Notes: generated by a model not told the origin, from the letters alone. A stretch of DNA of 63,842 nucleotides, filler included, from Collodictyon triciliatum (GCA_043381765.1; 33 parts of 33 records of this genome joined end to end with filler, not necessarily neighbours in it); one strand, 5' to 3'; positions 24,761 to 37,790 are shown, counted from the whole stretch's first letter. Made by a program: numbers and translations.

Positions 24761-24951
24761 CAGCAGATTTGCCAATACTGTGGGGATTCCGAGATGGAGC
24801 AGTTGCTTCAGATTGGCCCGAGTCTCCTACCCAGGCCCCCTTCTGTGTCGCGGTGCTCTGTGTCTTTGTTTGCTTGCTGCTCGTCGCTGCCGTCATTGTT
24901 TTGGTACCGCTGCTCAACGTTCTGCGTGGATGGGTATCTTGCTTCTCCCAA

Positions 24952-25334
24952 TTTTTTTTTGGAGGTGAGACTTTGTAATATGCGCGATACGGCGTATGAC
25001 TTATTCGGGGTTCATTTTTTTTCTTCCTTTCAATTTTGTGCGGGATGGTGAAGATGTTGGCTCGGTTCGATAGCCATCGTTTGCATGAACGCTACTTGTT
25101 GGCTGGTTGGCAGAGAAGTAGTCGGTAATCAGGAATTGCATCATGCAGTTTGGCCTGTAGCCTGGGTCTTGTGCTTGCATGAGAGAGGTAAATCGAGCTT
25201 TAATATCTTTCTCAGCTTCTTTCCACATGTCTCTTCTCACAGGGTCTGGGTAATAGAGAACGTGCAGGTGGCGAAGAAAGCTGGTGAGAAAAGAGATTTG
25301 TATGATGTCATCCAGTCTATTATCAGGAATGGGT
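24952..25334 (-). mobile_element. LINE subfamily B, ORF2 C-terminus plus short 3' UTR and A-tail
   Basis: RLDDIIQISFLTSFLRHLHVLYYPDPVRRDMW...QFLITDYF aligns with family A RLESLVQYSFLNSLLKHARILRYSDRKRREMW...QLAIIDYF. A9 tail at 24952-24960. Confidence 0.7.
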
Positions 25335-26182
25335 NNNNNNNNNNNNNNNNNNNNNNNNNNNNNNNNNNNNNNNNNNNNTTAATTAATTAANNNNNNNNNN
25401 NNNNNNNNNNNNNNNNNNNNNNNNNNNNNNNNNNTTCTCTTTCTTTCTCTTTCTTTCTCTTTCTTTCTCTTTCTTTCTCTTTCTTTCTCTTTCTTTCTCT
25501 TTCTTTCTCTTTCTTTCTCTTTCTTTCTCTTTTGTCAATTGATTCTTAGCTATAGCAAATATTCTCAAGTGCATCATGAAAGGAAAAATGTTCATCCTGT
25601 GATAGAATGGGTAAATTAATCTGCAAAGATATATTCATGACTCACCTGTACATGAAACGTAGAGGAGAATCTTGTCGAACAGAGAAACACCTCGCCTTCA
25701 AAAAACGAATTCATTGAAAACCACATTGTGAGTATTTATTGTAACAAGGAACATATTTGCTATGATTGTATGTGTCAAAATTTTGTAAAATCATTTATAC
25801 CTCGTAGTTATATGGTGCTTCGAAACCAATTACGCCAGACATTCTAGAGAAAAGTATTTTACACTAACATATTTCAACAACGAGCACTCTTATATAGCTT
25901 AATGTATTATTATGTCCTATCACTGCTATAGCTGCCCAATCCGCGTCAAAGAAAGATGCACTAATAACAGTAAAGGAATTGAAAAAGTCGCCTCCTTTAG
26001 CAAAACGTAGACTTCGTAAAGTATAATTCAAAACAGTCTATCACGTTTGATTCTTAATGTAGATTATCATATGGATATACCTTTCGGATTTACTATTTTG
26101 CTATTTACTTTCGTCATTCTCGTCAATATTTCCTTCAGGATTTTTTGTTTAATTTATTTTAAAATGAAACCCGATAAAACAG

Positions 26183-27130
26183 GCTCTTACGAAGAAAGAA
26201 GATTTTCTAATGCCACTACCCCAGTCGAACTTCTCGGGAACAGCTTTGTTATCGAAGGTTCCGCAGCGCTTAGCTCTTGAGTCATCATCTCCAGAAATTT
26301 ATAACCCCAAAATTGACCTCGTCCGCCATTCATTCCCATCTTACACAATACCAAGAGCCGGCAAAGATATCGAAGACTGTAAGTGCAATATATAATGATT
26401 ACACGTGTATGATCCGATGAATATAAACTGCACCAACTGAATACTAAGTTTTAAATTTGGGTGCCTCACGAAGCATATATTCCGAATCTTGGTATTCCTA
26501 GAGATATTCTCGATTACCCGCACAGTTCTGCTTACAACGTAAGGCTAAAATATATATATATAATTCCGGATCAGGTGTCTACTATGAGCTACACTATAGA
26601 AAAAAAGTATATCTTTCTCATTATTGTATGTTTGTTGAAAAATTAGGTGAATTTAAAGTGGGTAAGACCATCTGTCCATCCTGGTGCAGAATTTCGACAT
26701 CAAATAGATAGAGAGAAATTGTCTTCAATTAAGACATACAGCAATCGACCAGAGGTACGAACAGGATGTCATGCCTTAAATATAAAACTGTTTTTTCAAG
26801 GATGTTTATACATGAAAGAGTGAGGAAGGCTTTATACATATATATGAAGGTTTTCATCAGTCTTCATCAATATTTTGACCTTGTTACTGGCTTGAATAAA
26901 TTTTTAATCAATCTAATGAATTGTTTAATTATTGCCACCAAATTCTTCAAATCACTGTGGAATATCGTTCTCAGCTGGAGCCAATATATCCGATAACACA
27001 CGCACTCACCCCCGATTTTTCCAAATCGACTGGTCGAGGGGAATCTCTGTTTGTAAAAGACTTACCCGGCTCAAGTACTGACCCTGAGATTCCATATAAT
27101 CCCTCGGGTGCGTGCCAAATATTCGTTTGA
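26183..27130 (+). CDS. Multi-exon unknown protein with SHIPPO/STPG-like motifs
   Basis: Exons with IYNPKIDLVRHSFPSYTIP, AYNVNLKWVRP and PDFSKSTGR, with GT-AG boundaries. The family call is weak. Confidence 0.4.
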
Positions 27131-27390
27131 CAGAGCGACTCAATATCTGATGGTTTTCCCTTTCTCTTTTATATATTATCTATTCTTTTTTTTCTCTTTT
27201 TTCTCTTTTTTTCTCTTTTTTTCTCTTTTTTTCTCTTTTTTTCTCTTTTTTTCTCTTTTTTTCTCTTTTTTCTCTTTTTTCTCTTTTTNNNNNNNNNNNN
27301 NNNNNNNNNNNNNNNNNNNNNNNNNNNNNNNNTTAATTAATTAANNNNNNNNNNNNNNNNNNNNNNNNNNNNNNNNNNNNNNNNNNNNCA

Positions 27391-28473
27391 TCTCATTTTC
27401 AAGTTTTGTCATATCTGGCGAACTTCGATGTCGACTGGAGCTCCACCATATTCTCCATAATGAAAATACCAGCTCTCTTTTCATTTTCTCTTTCTATAGA
27501 CACGTATCCGATGGAATGTAGATTCGAAATGACAGTTTATGATAAGGTTTTGTTTTCGATGATAACCCCTTTGATTCTGATAGGAGTGGTTTTTTTTATA
27601 GTTACAGCCAAAATTGTGTGGAAACTAAGAACCAATCAAATTAATAGCAGAGATGTTACTTTCTTCAAAATTAATCAAGAGTTTGTTTTTTCCATGCTAG
27701 TCATGCTGTTTTTTGTTCATCCCACGATTATGTCGTCAATATCAAACATATTCCGTTGCGAGAGGTTTGGTGATGAAAGTTACTTGAAAGCTGACATGTC
27801 GATAATGTGTGGTGATGCAAATTATATGGCTTGGAAAAACATCGCTATCGTTTACGTGATTCTTTATTGTTTTGGTGGCCCAATTATTCTCGCTGCATAT
27901 ATGTTCTACAAAAAATCATCACTGATTGACCCGGCTTCAAATACTTACAACTTACTCCGATTTTTGGTTGATGGATACACGAGAGAATGCTTTTACTGGG
28001 AAATTGTGACTATGATGCAAAAACTGCTTGTCGTTTTGATAAGCATTTTCTTTTCTTCAGCCTTGCAAATTTACTTCGGACTGTGGTTACTTTTAATGAC
28101 TATTGCATCATCTCTGTATTTCAAGCCATTTATGTCCAATGTGCTCAGGAAGTCACAACTTTACTCAATATCAGTCCTTTACTTCACCTTGATGACAAGC
28201 CTTCTCTTCAGATATACAGAACTTAGTATATTTTCAGAATATTTTCTTGTTGCACTGGTTGTTTTGTTGAATGGAATGATTGCAGCAGTATCTTTAATGA
28301 AAGCTGGGCCTGCTGTAATCATGTCTTTCTTGGTAAAAATAGAAAAATATGTAGAGCCAATTTACAAATTCGTGATGGAATCATCTGTCATCACTTGCGT
28401 GAAAAACAAATGGGAATTAAAGAAAAAAGAAACAGAAATGAGGGATTTCGATTATGCTGCCACATCTTTTTAA
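27391..28473 (+). CDS. Multi-pass (about 7-9 TM) C-terminal membrane domain typical of large protist surface receptors
   Basis: HFQVLS..W, ECRF, IFRC, YLKADMSIMC, FLVDGY..FYWEIV..QKL and KPF motifs with alternating hydrophobic helices. Stop at 28473. Confidence 0.85.
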   Translation, partial: SHFQVLSYLANFDVDWSSTIFSIMKIPALFSFSLSIDTYPMECRFEMTVYDKVLFSMITPLILIGVVFFIVTAKIVWKLRTNQINSRDVTFFKINQEFVFSMLVMLFFVHPTIMSSISNIFRCERFGDESYLKADMSIMCGDANYMAWKNIAIVYVILYCFGGPIILAAYMFYKKSSLIDPASNTYNLLRFLVDGYTRECFYWEIVTMMQKLLVVLISIFFSSALQIYFGLWLLLMTIASSLYFKPFMSNVLRKSQLYSISVLYFTLMTSLLFRYTELSIFSEYFLVALVVLLNGMIAAVSLMKAGPAVIMSFLVKIEKYVEPIYKFVMESSVITCVKNKWELKKKETEMRDFDYAATSF

Positions 28474-28704
28474 AATAATCCCTTCAAATTTCTCTCACTC
28501 TCTCACTCCCTCACTCTCTAAAATAACCATCCATCTATCATTTTCGCTGTTTAGAAAAGGGGGATGAGACTGTGATTAGATTGTATGAGGAGATGCAAAG
28601 ATTTTTACCAAGAAGAATAAAACAATCGATTAATAGGTGGTTTTTCAAACCACCCATTAAAAATCTGAATGAATCATCATTCACCCTATATAATTTACAT
28701 TCAT

Positions 28705-28936
28705 GTTTTTACTAGATTTGAATATAAGTGCTGCAACAGTGTTAAGCCGTACAAGAAGCGAGATAAATGCGCAATATAAAGATAAAAAGAGAGTATGAGA
28801 AGACGCTACTGTGAAAAATCTATCATTGGAAAGAAATCAGTGTCTGTGAGTTTGTTTGGTTGGCAGCCCAACTTATTGATTGGCTGCAAGGGTAGCAGTG
28901 GTTGAATTTATTGTGGGAGATTTTCCATGGCACATT
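28705..28936 (-). mobile_element. Old, diverged LINE family A 3' fragment
   Basis: Colinear patches (GCGAGATA, AAGACGCTACTGTG, TGGAAAGAAATCAGTG, CCCAAC..TTGATTGGCTGC..GGGTAG, TGTGGGAGAT..CACATT) match 13950-14162. Confidence 0.7.
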
Positions 28937-31634
28937 TTTTTTTTATTCTAAAAGTCTTAGCTGTTGAGCCCGTCTCAACAATCTTTCAATCAACCATCAG
29001 GCAAGTAGTTCCAAAGTAGGTGGTGATGTGTGGGAGATAGAAAAAGAAAAACAGGGATAAAGGGAAAAAAAAAGGGAAAAGAGATGTCCTTGAGGCTTGA
29101 TAAGAGACGCATGGATTTCTTTTGGGGACGCGTGATAGTGTCACACGAGTATGAAAAAAAGGGACGGGTGATATTGATTGGATGGAGGAGGGGGAATACT
29201 GCTTTGATGGCGCAAGCTGTCGAAAAGGATGGTGAAAAGAGANNNNNNNNNNNNNNNNNNNNNNNNNNNNNNNNNNNNNNNNNNNNTTAATTAATTAANN
29301 NNNNNNNNNNNNNNNNNNNNNNNNNNNNNNNNNNNNNNNNNNCCTGTTCGGTCTATTTCCGTGAATAGCGGCATCGTAGCGCTCCTGCTAACTTCACACC
29401 ATGGCAATCAACACACACAGATGCATCATGGCGTCCATACGATGCAGGGTAAACCCGCAGATACATATCCTTCCAGCTTGTCTAATGCCTCGGAGTCCCA
29501 TGTTTTGAAATATGTAATCAATATATTGTGGCATAATATTAATCAATATTGACTCCAAACATGCTATTCTAATTCAATAATAATAGTGATGTAGTCAAAT
29601 AAACATCATTTTCAGTTCTACTCATTAAGCACAAATATATTCAATCGTACACAGAATAATCTGTAATTGATAATCAGTTCCACCATATAGCAGCACATAG
29701 TTGGGAAACTTTTTTATGAGCTTTGATGACATCAAATAAGTGCATGACAAATCCGCACGTATGTGAGCTTTTGTACAGGTTCTTTCCGTTCAAATCGGCA
29801 ATCCCAATATTACATGGCTCTCCAAAGTCGCAGGTTTGTCTCGAAAAAACAAGGATACCTGATTCCTGAAATGAATGAGACTAATGGACGTAAATGCTTA
29901 TAAAAAACCACATATGATTTGTGCAATCGAATACACAGGACATATATTTACAGATATATAATCTATCAGGCTTGAGCAAAAGTGAAATATTGCATTTCTA
30001 ATTTTGTATTCATATCCAGATTGTGCTGTGGATATAAACGGAAAAACCATTTTATCATATTGTGTTTGCAATGAATGTAAGATGATAAACTTAATCGGGA
30101 TTAGGATTGTTTGACCATTTCCAAATTATATAGCCATATGAGTTAAAAATATGATAAAATATTTTATATTACAATGCCTTTTGTAATGAGAAATAAAACA
30201 CTGAGACAATTATTTGTTTCATTTTAAAACCATTGATATTAAGAATTTTAATTGAAAGGCATTTACTAAATATATCGATATTCCCAACAAATTTGATTTA
30301 TTGTGTAACTTCAAAAATAATATATTATATCTCATCATCTTGCTCATTTTTGTATCATCTTGTTGAATAGTGATTCTGAGCTTTGAGTCGATATGTGAAA
30401 CATTCATAGAAATTTTTTTAAACAACTTCAAATCATACCATTGAAAGTCTATATGAATCACAACATGTTAATAAATTATTGATATAAAAAATTATCATAT
30501 AAAACTGGAACAAGAAGTAAACGTTAATGTAAATTTTTTAATTGTCATCAAAATACACATAAATATAAAATCTGATAACAATAATACTGAGAAATTATGA
30601 GGTCTTGAAACAATAATATTTTGAAAAATATAGAGTGCTATATGCGAATTTTACATAATTACTGAGTTTTTACACAATAATTGATTATGTAAAAAAAATG
30701 AAACTGATTTTAATATCTTTTGATTACAATACAATTTTAAAAATATAAAATAGTGAATTTTATGCATTAATATTCAAAATTTTTTTGTTGAGATAATTAA
30801 ATCAAGGAAAGGTACTCAAATTTATAAATGGAAATATTAGTTTCTATTATGGTCACTTAAGTGGTTTAAAACAAATTATATCTTACTTTTAAGATATGAA
30901 ATGATCAATGAATAATCGATTTTTCATTTTGAATAATAAGATAGATTTAAAAATAATAAAAAGGAATAATGGAAATTATTTAAAATTAAATAATAATATT
31001 ATGATATAAATGAAAAGATATAATATAAATTTACAATAAGAATTAAAATTAAAATTAAAATTAAAACAAAATAATAAATATATACATAAATATATACATA
31101 AATATAAATATAAATATAAATATAAATATAAATATAAATATAAATATAAATATAAATATAAATATAAATATAAATATAAATATAAATATAAATATANNNN
31201 NNNNNNNNNNNNNNNNNNNNNNNNNNNNNNNNNNNNNNNNTTAATTAATTAANNNNNNNNNNNNNNNNNNNNNNNNNNNNNNNNNNNNNNNNNNNNTCTT
31301 TTTTTCTTTTTTTCTTTTTTTCTTTTTTTCTTTTTTTCTTTTTTTCTTTTTTTCTTTTTTTCTTTTTTTCTTTTTTTCTTTTTTTCTTTTTTCTTATTTC
31401 TTATTTCTTATTTCTTATTTCTTATTTCTTTTTCTTCATTTCTTTCTCTTCATTTTGTTCAGCTTGCGTTACCATTTTCCATCTTTACGATGGGTTTCAA
31501 GTTTTTAAAGTTTAAGCTTCTTGTGGAGACATAAATATCTTTTAATTGCGTTTGATTTCTTGTTTGTCTGATATATCACGATGTTTGGATTTTAATCTCA
31601 TCATATTTTCCGTGGCATCATTATTTTCTTGTAG

Positions 31635-33040
31635 AGGAAACTTTTTGCGATACAACATCTACAAAGTTTTCCAGAAGTCCCGAAAGTATGTGTCGAAAGT
31701 CGCAAATATGCAGGATTTCATCGAAAATATCAGTAGAGTTTCTCACAGTAATGACCCAATCGCCCGTGCTTTGACCATTCGGTAACACATTGCCACCGTG
31801 ATATATAAAAGGAAGAGAACAAAATAAAAATTAGACTTTATCAGATAAATGTCATTATTTCCTCCTTCATTTTGCAAATTTTGGTCATTAAATAATCCGA
31901 TTGATATTGATGGTATCTAGGATTATGGGTTGTCTCGCAGAGCTTGTCAAAGACAACGTCTATATACACCACAGGTATTCACGTGACATCCATAGTCATA
32001 AAATACAGCAAAACTATATGAAAACACTAGCTTTTATATTTTATTGTATTTTATTGTATTTTATTGTATTTTATTGTATTTTATTGTATTTTATTGTATT
32101 TTATTGTATTTTATTGTATTTTATTGTATTTTATTGTATTTTCTTTTATTTTCTTTTATTTTCTTTTATTTTCTTTTATTTTCTTTTATTTTCTTTTATT
32201 TTCTTTTATTTTCTTTTATTTTCTTTTATTTTCTTTTATTTTCGCGAAATCTTAATCGTATTGTTCGATGTGCTCAAGTAAATATTGTACTCGATTCGCT
32301 TTTTAGGATAAGGCTCTCCTTGGACTCACACCACCGCGAGGAGGCTAGCTCCGCTCTCTTTGCGATAGACAATGTCATACAAAAGTCTCCCTTGTTTTCT
32401 AGAGGCATCCTTCCTTTACTAGAAGACAAGATAAAAGGTTTTAATATCGCGATACGTCACCAGCTGATTGTTTAGTGGCAAATTGTGCTTAACTTCAAAC
32501 CTTCCCCGAATCGAATATATACAGTCCATCAATTTAGAGCTTGGGAAGAGCTAAATTACAAAATGAATGTAAAAACACCTGTAAATATAGATTTATATGC
32601 TCATAACTTGAAACAAAAAAATCTTTCTGCAAATTATACAGATATTTCGACCGATCTGACCTATAAAATCAGAATGATTCGCAGCTTGCGTGGAATGAGC
32701 CATGACGTGGAGCTCGCCAGAAAAGTAAAAATTAGAGGGAAAAAAAAAAGGAAAATTAATGTAGGACTTAATGTATGCATTATTCTAGGCTAGAACTTCT
32801 TTGCTTGGTTTTATTACCGCATTACCAACAGCAGCTCTGGTAGAGGCTACTATAGACACCCTCAGCACGTTGGCATATCGCGACCACATCCACATACTTG
32901 ACCAGGTCCGGTTAGACTAAATCATCTGTGAAATGGGGTAAAATGTTCGCATTTCATCATCGGTGAATTTATCGATTTTATCTCTTAATCACCTAGATTA
33001 GGTTACTGGTGGGGATACTTCTTGAGGAGCCGCGGCAAAA
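31635..33040 (+). CDS. INTS7: Integrator complex subunit 7, N-terminal exons (31635-31781, 31921-31974, 32307-32437, 32642-32724, 32789-32905, 32997-33040)
   Basis: GNFLR..HSNDPIARALTIRIMGCLA..HHRIRLSLDSH..E...ALFA..MSHD..LA.KAR..DQIRLL..EPR matches INTS7 as I recall it. Confidence 0.9.
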
Positions 33041-33423
33041 GTCTCTTTTTACCTCCTTCTTCTTCTTCTTCTTCTTCTTCTTCTTCTTCTTCTTCTTCTT
33101 CTTCTTCTTCTTCTTCTTCTTCTTCTTCTTCTTCTTCTTCTTCTTCTTCTNNNNNNNNNNNNNNNNNNNNNNNNNNNNNNNNNNNNNNNNNNNNTTAATT
33201 AATTAANNNNNNNNNNNNNNNNNNNNNNNNNNNNNNNNNNNNNNNNNNNNAAAGACAAAATAAAAAAGACAAAATAAAAAAGACAAAATAAAAAAGACAA
33301 AATAAAAAAGACAAAATAAAAAAGACAAAATAAAAAAGACAAAATAAAAGTTGTATCGTTGACTCCATAATATATAATCAACGATACAACAGCAAAGGAT
33401 GAATGCAGATTCAAATTCCTTCC

Positions 33424-33479
<56 letters not shown>

Positions 33480-33514
33480 GCAATCTTATCCAAGCAGAAA
33501 TTTTTTTTGGGGGA

Positions 33515-34596
33515 CTAAACACAGACACGATTCGGGCAAGTTAGAGATGGATTAATAGAAAACCTATTCATGCTGCTTGTGTCCATAAGAGATTCATTGA
33601 CAGAACTGCCCTCGTTTTCAGAGGACAGAGTAACTCCAGCAGGAGGTGTGCGGTATGACCTTTGAGGAAGAGCTTTTGGATTTACAACCTGTCGTGTTCT
33701 TGGAGGCAAGGATTTCTTTTCATGTGCGGCTGAAAGGTCGCTTTCTGATGCCGGTTCTTGGTATTGTTTCTGGTTCGACCGCAAGACATCCAATAAACGA
33801 TGTGAATATGCCTTGAATATAAGAGTGTAGTAGCAGAAGATCAATTTTTTTAAAAAAGTAGCACATCGCAGAGGTACTACATAAACCTGAAGGTGGATCT
33901 GTAATGCTGCTTATTATAAGATGTATGCTTACAGAGCCAATTTCTGTCAGAAATACCAGTCCTTGGTACCACACTTCAAAGTCCCTCCAGTTGGAGACAA
34001 CTATGTCTATTTCCTGGTTGAGAATGAATTGCGCTATCAACAATGAATTCCTCAAATATGATCATCTGATATCAGAAGCACACACGTTCATTACGCGCGA
34101 ATGAAGCGATTAATCAAGCACATATACTCGTGGATACCTTCCTATCTTTTGTAATGACAAGAAAGCTCGGAGGGTCGGCCGGCGATGGGATGCGGGAGCC
34201 GCCTTGCTCGTTGACAATGTCTTTGATGTCAGCCAATGAGACTAAGCGAGTGTGGAGGAGAATCAGGAAATACAGACACGCACGAGCACGCTTAAACAAA
34301 CATATTAGTCCAAAAACATATACTCGAATGGCTGTCTTGTTAACATGCATGGGTGGTTTTTGGGTTTGGGTTTGGGGTTTGTTTTCGTTTTGCAAGTATC
34401 TTAACGAACGTGCTGCAGAGCGGGTTCTATCACGCGGGTCGGCCCATGACAGGGTGGAGAGCGTCGGGTCCAAAGAAAACCACAGCGGCTGCAGCCCTCT
34501 AGCTGTCCTGATCATCAGTTGGCCGCCCGATTTCATTTGTTGCACATACGCTCGAAGGCGAAGGAACTTGCGGAAGTTTGGCGAACACACATCCAT
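33515..34596 (-). CDS. PH-like domain protein (PLC/Mcp5-type PH), multi-exon
   Basis: MKSGGQLM..WFSLDPTLSTLSW | VSLADIKDIV..SFLVITKDRK | EIDIVVSNWRDFEVWYQGL, followed by a Ser/Pro-rich tail. Confidence 0.7.
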
Positions 34597-35033
34597 GGCG
34601 AAGACGGTCGCACTCTGTTGTTGCCTGCGGCGGGGTTTTCAAAATGAGACAACTTTGTGTGTGTTCTTCACCAGTGCGTGTTTAGATGGGGGCGAGACAA
34701 AGAGGTTGTCTCTCGCTTGCGCACTCAAGAGGGAGCGCGAGGCCTAACATCTCGTTCAGGAAAGACCTTCCTGTGTGCTCTGTGTGTGGGAGTGAGTTGA
34801 AGAAGCGCCGGCCGTTTGCCGATACCATTTGTGGATCTTTTGTCATCGGTTTGTACTCACTTTATTCTGGTAGAAACCCAAACAGTGTTGCCTGCCGACA
34901 GCCGTTATTTTTGTTATTATTATTATTATTTTTTTTTTGCGCACAGTCGCTGGCTGATTGGTTAGCTTAACTGTAGCGGGCGAATTGGAGTTTGGGCCGT
35001 GCGGTAATGAAGATGATATGAAAGTAAATGAAG

Positions 35034-35071
<38 letters not shown>

Positions 35072-35760
35072 AAAAAAAAAACAAAAGAGAAAAAGGAATA
35101 AANNNNNNNNNNNNNNNNNNNNNNNNNNNNNNNNNNNNNNNNNNNNTTAATTAATTAANNNNNNNNNNNNNNNNNNNNNNNNNNNNNNNNNNNNNNNNNN
35201 NNTATCATTATTATTATCATTATTATTATCATTATTATTATCATTATTATTATCATTATTATTATCATTATTATTATCATTATTTATGGAGATTTACTGT
35301 GTTTTTTTATCTTTGAACTAAAATTTGACATAGCTTTGTCATACATGCACGACTCTTTTGTAGTATGCCTTCCAGTAGTGTCTTTTGCTTTCTGTTATTC
35401 ATAGACCAAAAGGGAAAAAATGACAAAGTCTCTCGTCCTTTTTTTTCCCTCTTAATGATCACGGACTTAGTATTACTTCTCTCTTAGGGGTTTTGTAGCG
35501 TCTGAATGGAGCCACCTCTCAAAGTACCTCTTGAAGCTCTTATTCCAGCCTCGTCCTTTAGCCGTGCTGGGAAAGCTGCTTCTGCTGTATACTTGACTCA
35601 GTCCTGTATGTTCAAATCAGCTCCACACATCCATCAATAACGAGCTGCACAAAAGAACAGTTTCTAATGTCCCTATTACTATTTCTTTTATCGGTGTTAA
35701 CATCTATATTAGGGATATCATTGAAATGTATTCTTGAGTGTTTTGTGTTTCATCAAATAG

Positions 35761-36897
35761 CTGGGGATTTGATTACGAATTTACTCATGATGAAACTTGT
35801 ATCAATAAAATAGTATTTCCCCCGCCTGACCCTCCAAAACACCACGAGCCAAGCCGGAAGGTGATTGATGATGATAGTCCACCGACTGATTACGTCCCAG
35901 TGGATTTGTAAGGCCAATTTGCATTGTGTGCTCGTTGATATTATTCTTATCTACATATGCCAGACTACCTCAACCATATTTATTATTGATAAAGGGGAAG
36001 GGGCCATGCTATAAGCTCATCTCCTAGAACAAAGTCCATCGAGAACCCGGCTGAGGTGAATCTTGTGTTTTCTTTATATGAGTGAGATACGCTGCGTACA
36101 AATACTATCGAAAATCGTTCTCTGATGAACTTTACGTCATTCCGCAGGAATCTGCATTAGCTATACGACCCAAGGTTCTACACGAAAATGAGCTGAGTCC
36201 GATGGTACGAAATTTCTTAGGTTAGGGTTTTTTTTTTCCTTTATTCGATTCAAAGTGTAGCGAGGTTCTTAGGTTAGGGTTTGAAATTTATTTTCCTCAA
36301 ACAATATCACGGCGTGTAGCATAGTTATGATTCTGATATTTTTTTTCACATTCTTGGGATGTGTAAATAATTACATTTCCAACATCTTTATGTAATATTT
36401 AGCCTCCATTGATGATAAGAAATCTAAAGATGCTGCAAAGGAGAAGAAGGTGTCCCATGGATTTTTTATCCATAAAATGTACATTCATCGAAACTAAATT
36501 GTAATTAAAATTATACACATATCTGTTTAACTTATAGTAACTACTTCAAAATAGGACCAAAATCAAATGACTACGTTTGCTTTCAACGAACCAGCCCATG
36601 TATCCGACATCGAAGTATTGAAAAAGCAGCACCCCTCAAGAAATTCCCCTTGCTTTTCAAGCCCAGAGCGGTGGAAGGAAGCTACACAGTTCCACCCGCC
36701 TCCCATCGGACATTACCGTCCCAAATTAGCCATCATTAGCTCTCGGTTTGCATCAATCAAATGCACATCAATGAGGCAAGTGTAACAGTCCGCATTAATC
36801 ACATTTATTTCAAAAGTCCAAAAGTTGTTGATTTCAGCACCAGCGTTGCTAACAGTACGAAACCGAGGAGAAAAGACAAGGATTTTCCAATTAGAGG
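35761..36897 (+). CDS. Multi-exon unknown Pro-rich protein (SHIPPO-like motif)
   Basis: Short GT-AG exons, for example WGFDYEFTHDE..PPPDPPK, SPCFSSPERW..PPPIGHYRPK and SPKVVDFS. Confidence 0.4.
36231..36265 (-). mobile_element. 35-bp LINE family A retrocopy with 17-bp TSD, in a probable intron
   Basis: Family 3' tip flanked by TTCTTAGGTTAGGGTTT at 36214-36230 and 36266-36282. Confidence 0.88.
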
Positions 36898-37790
36898 TTC
36901 TTTCTTTTCTTTCTTTTTCTTTTTCTTTTTCTTTTTCTTTTTCTTTTTCTTTTTCTTTTTCTTTTTCTTTTTCTTTTTCTTTTTCTTTTTCTTTTTCTTT
37001 TTCTTTCTTTTTCTTTCTTTTTCTTTCTTTTTCTTTCTTTTTCTTTCTCTTTCTNNNNNNNNNNNNNNNNNNNNNNNNNNNNNNNNNNNNNNNNNNNNTT
37101 AATTAATTAANNNNNNNNNNNNNNNNNNNNNNNNNNNNNNNNNNNNNNNNNNNNACACGGCATTTTATTCATTTCGTCACACACCTGCATATATGACTGA
37201 TTTTTGAGGAAATACTCACATCATCGTCATTTCTTGAATCCAGTCGACAGTAAACCATTCAAAATTACGAGAAAACTGAGACTAACAATTTTGTTAAGCC
37301 ATCAGCCTAGCTATGAGCACCACTAACAAATGTCCATTTATCGTCGAATCATTCAGAGGAGGGCGGGATGATTCCGCCAAATATTTCACCAAAACTTAAC
37401 CAGAGATTTCATGTAAATGTAATTTGTGTATCGAAACAAAGTAAATACCAATTCGCCTTGCCCAACTTATCGGCCATCAAATCGGCCAGGTTTACCAAGG
37501 ATGGTATCGTGGAACGGAGGTTGCGATTTAGAGCTCTTCTCACAACATCCATCAAAGTAGCTCGTCCGAGAATTTCGAGCAGAAGTCTAAATTTTATTGC
37601 GTTTTTAACTCTCAAGTTAGACCAAAAACATATTTGATGTCTTTTTTATTATTATTGCAAACCCCTTATTGCATTCGTGGACAAAATTCAAAATACTTCA
37701 TGAAGAAATTATATTTGTTCAATTCATCGTTTGTTAAACCAAATTATCTAAGTAAGCTTGCGATTAAGTTTAAGAAACACCGTACATAGC

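Noticed and set aside
24127-24978. 283-aa plus-strand ORF, and similar GC-rich ORFs at 698-1081 and 46854-47911
   Set aside because: They are antisense or off-frame shadows of the MATE pseudogene, PH gene and SET gene.
29851-29858. GTATCCTT on the minus strand as another U12 donor
   Set aside because: There is no CCTTAAC branch site and no recognisable flanking protein frame.
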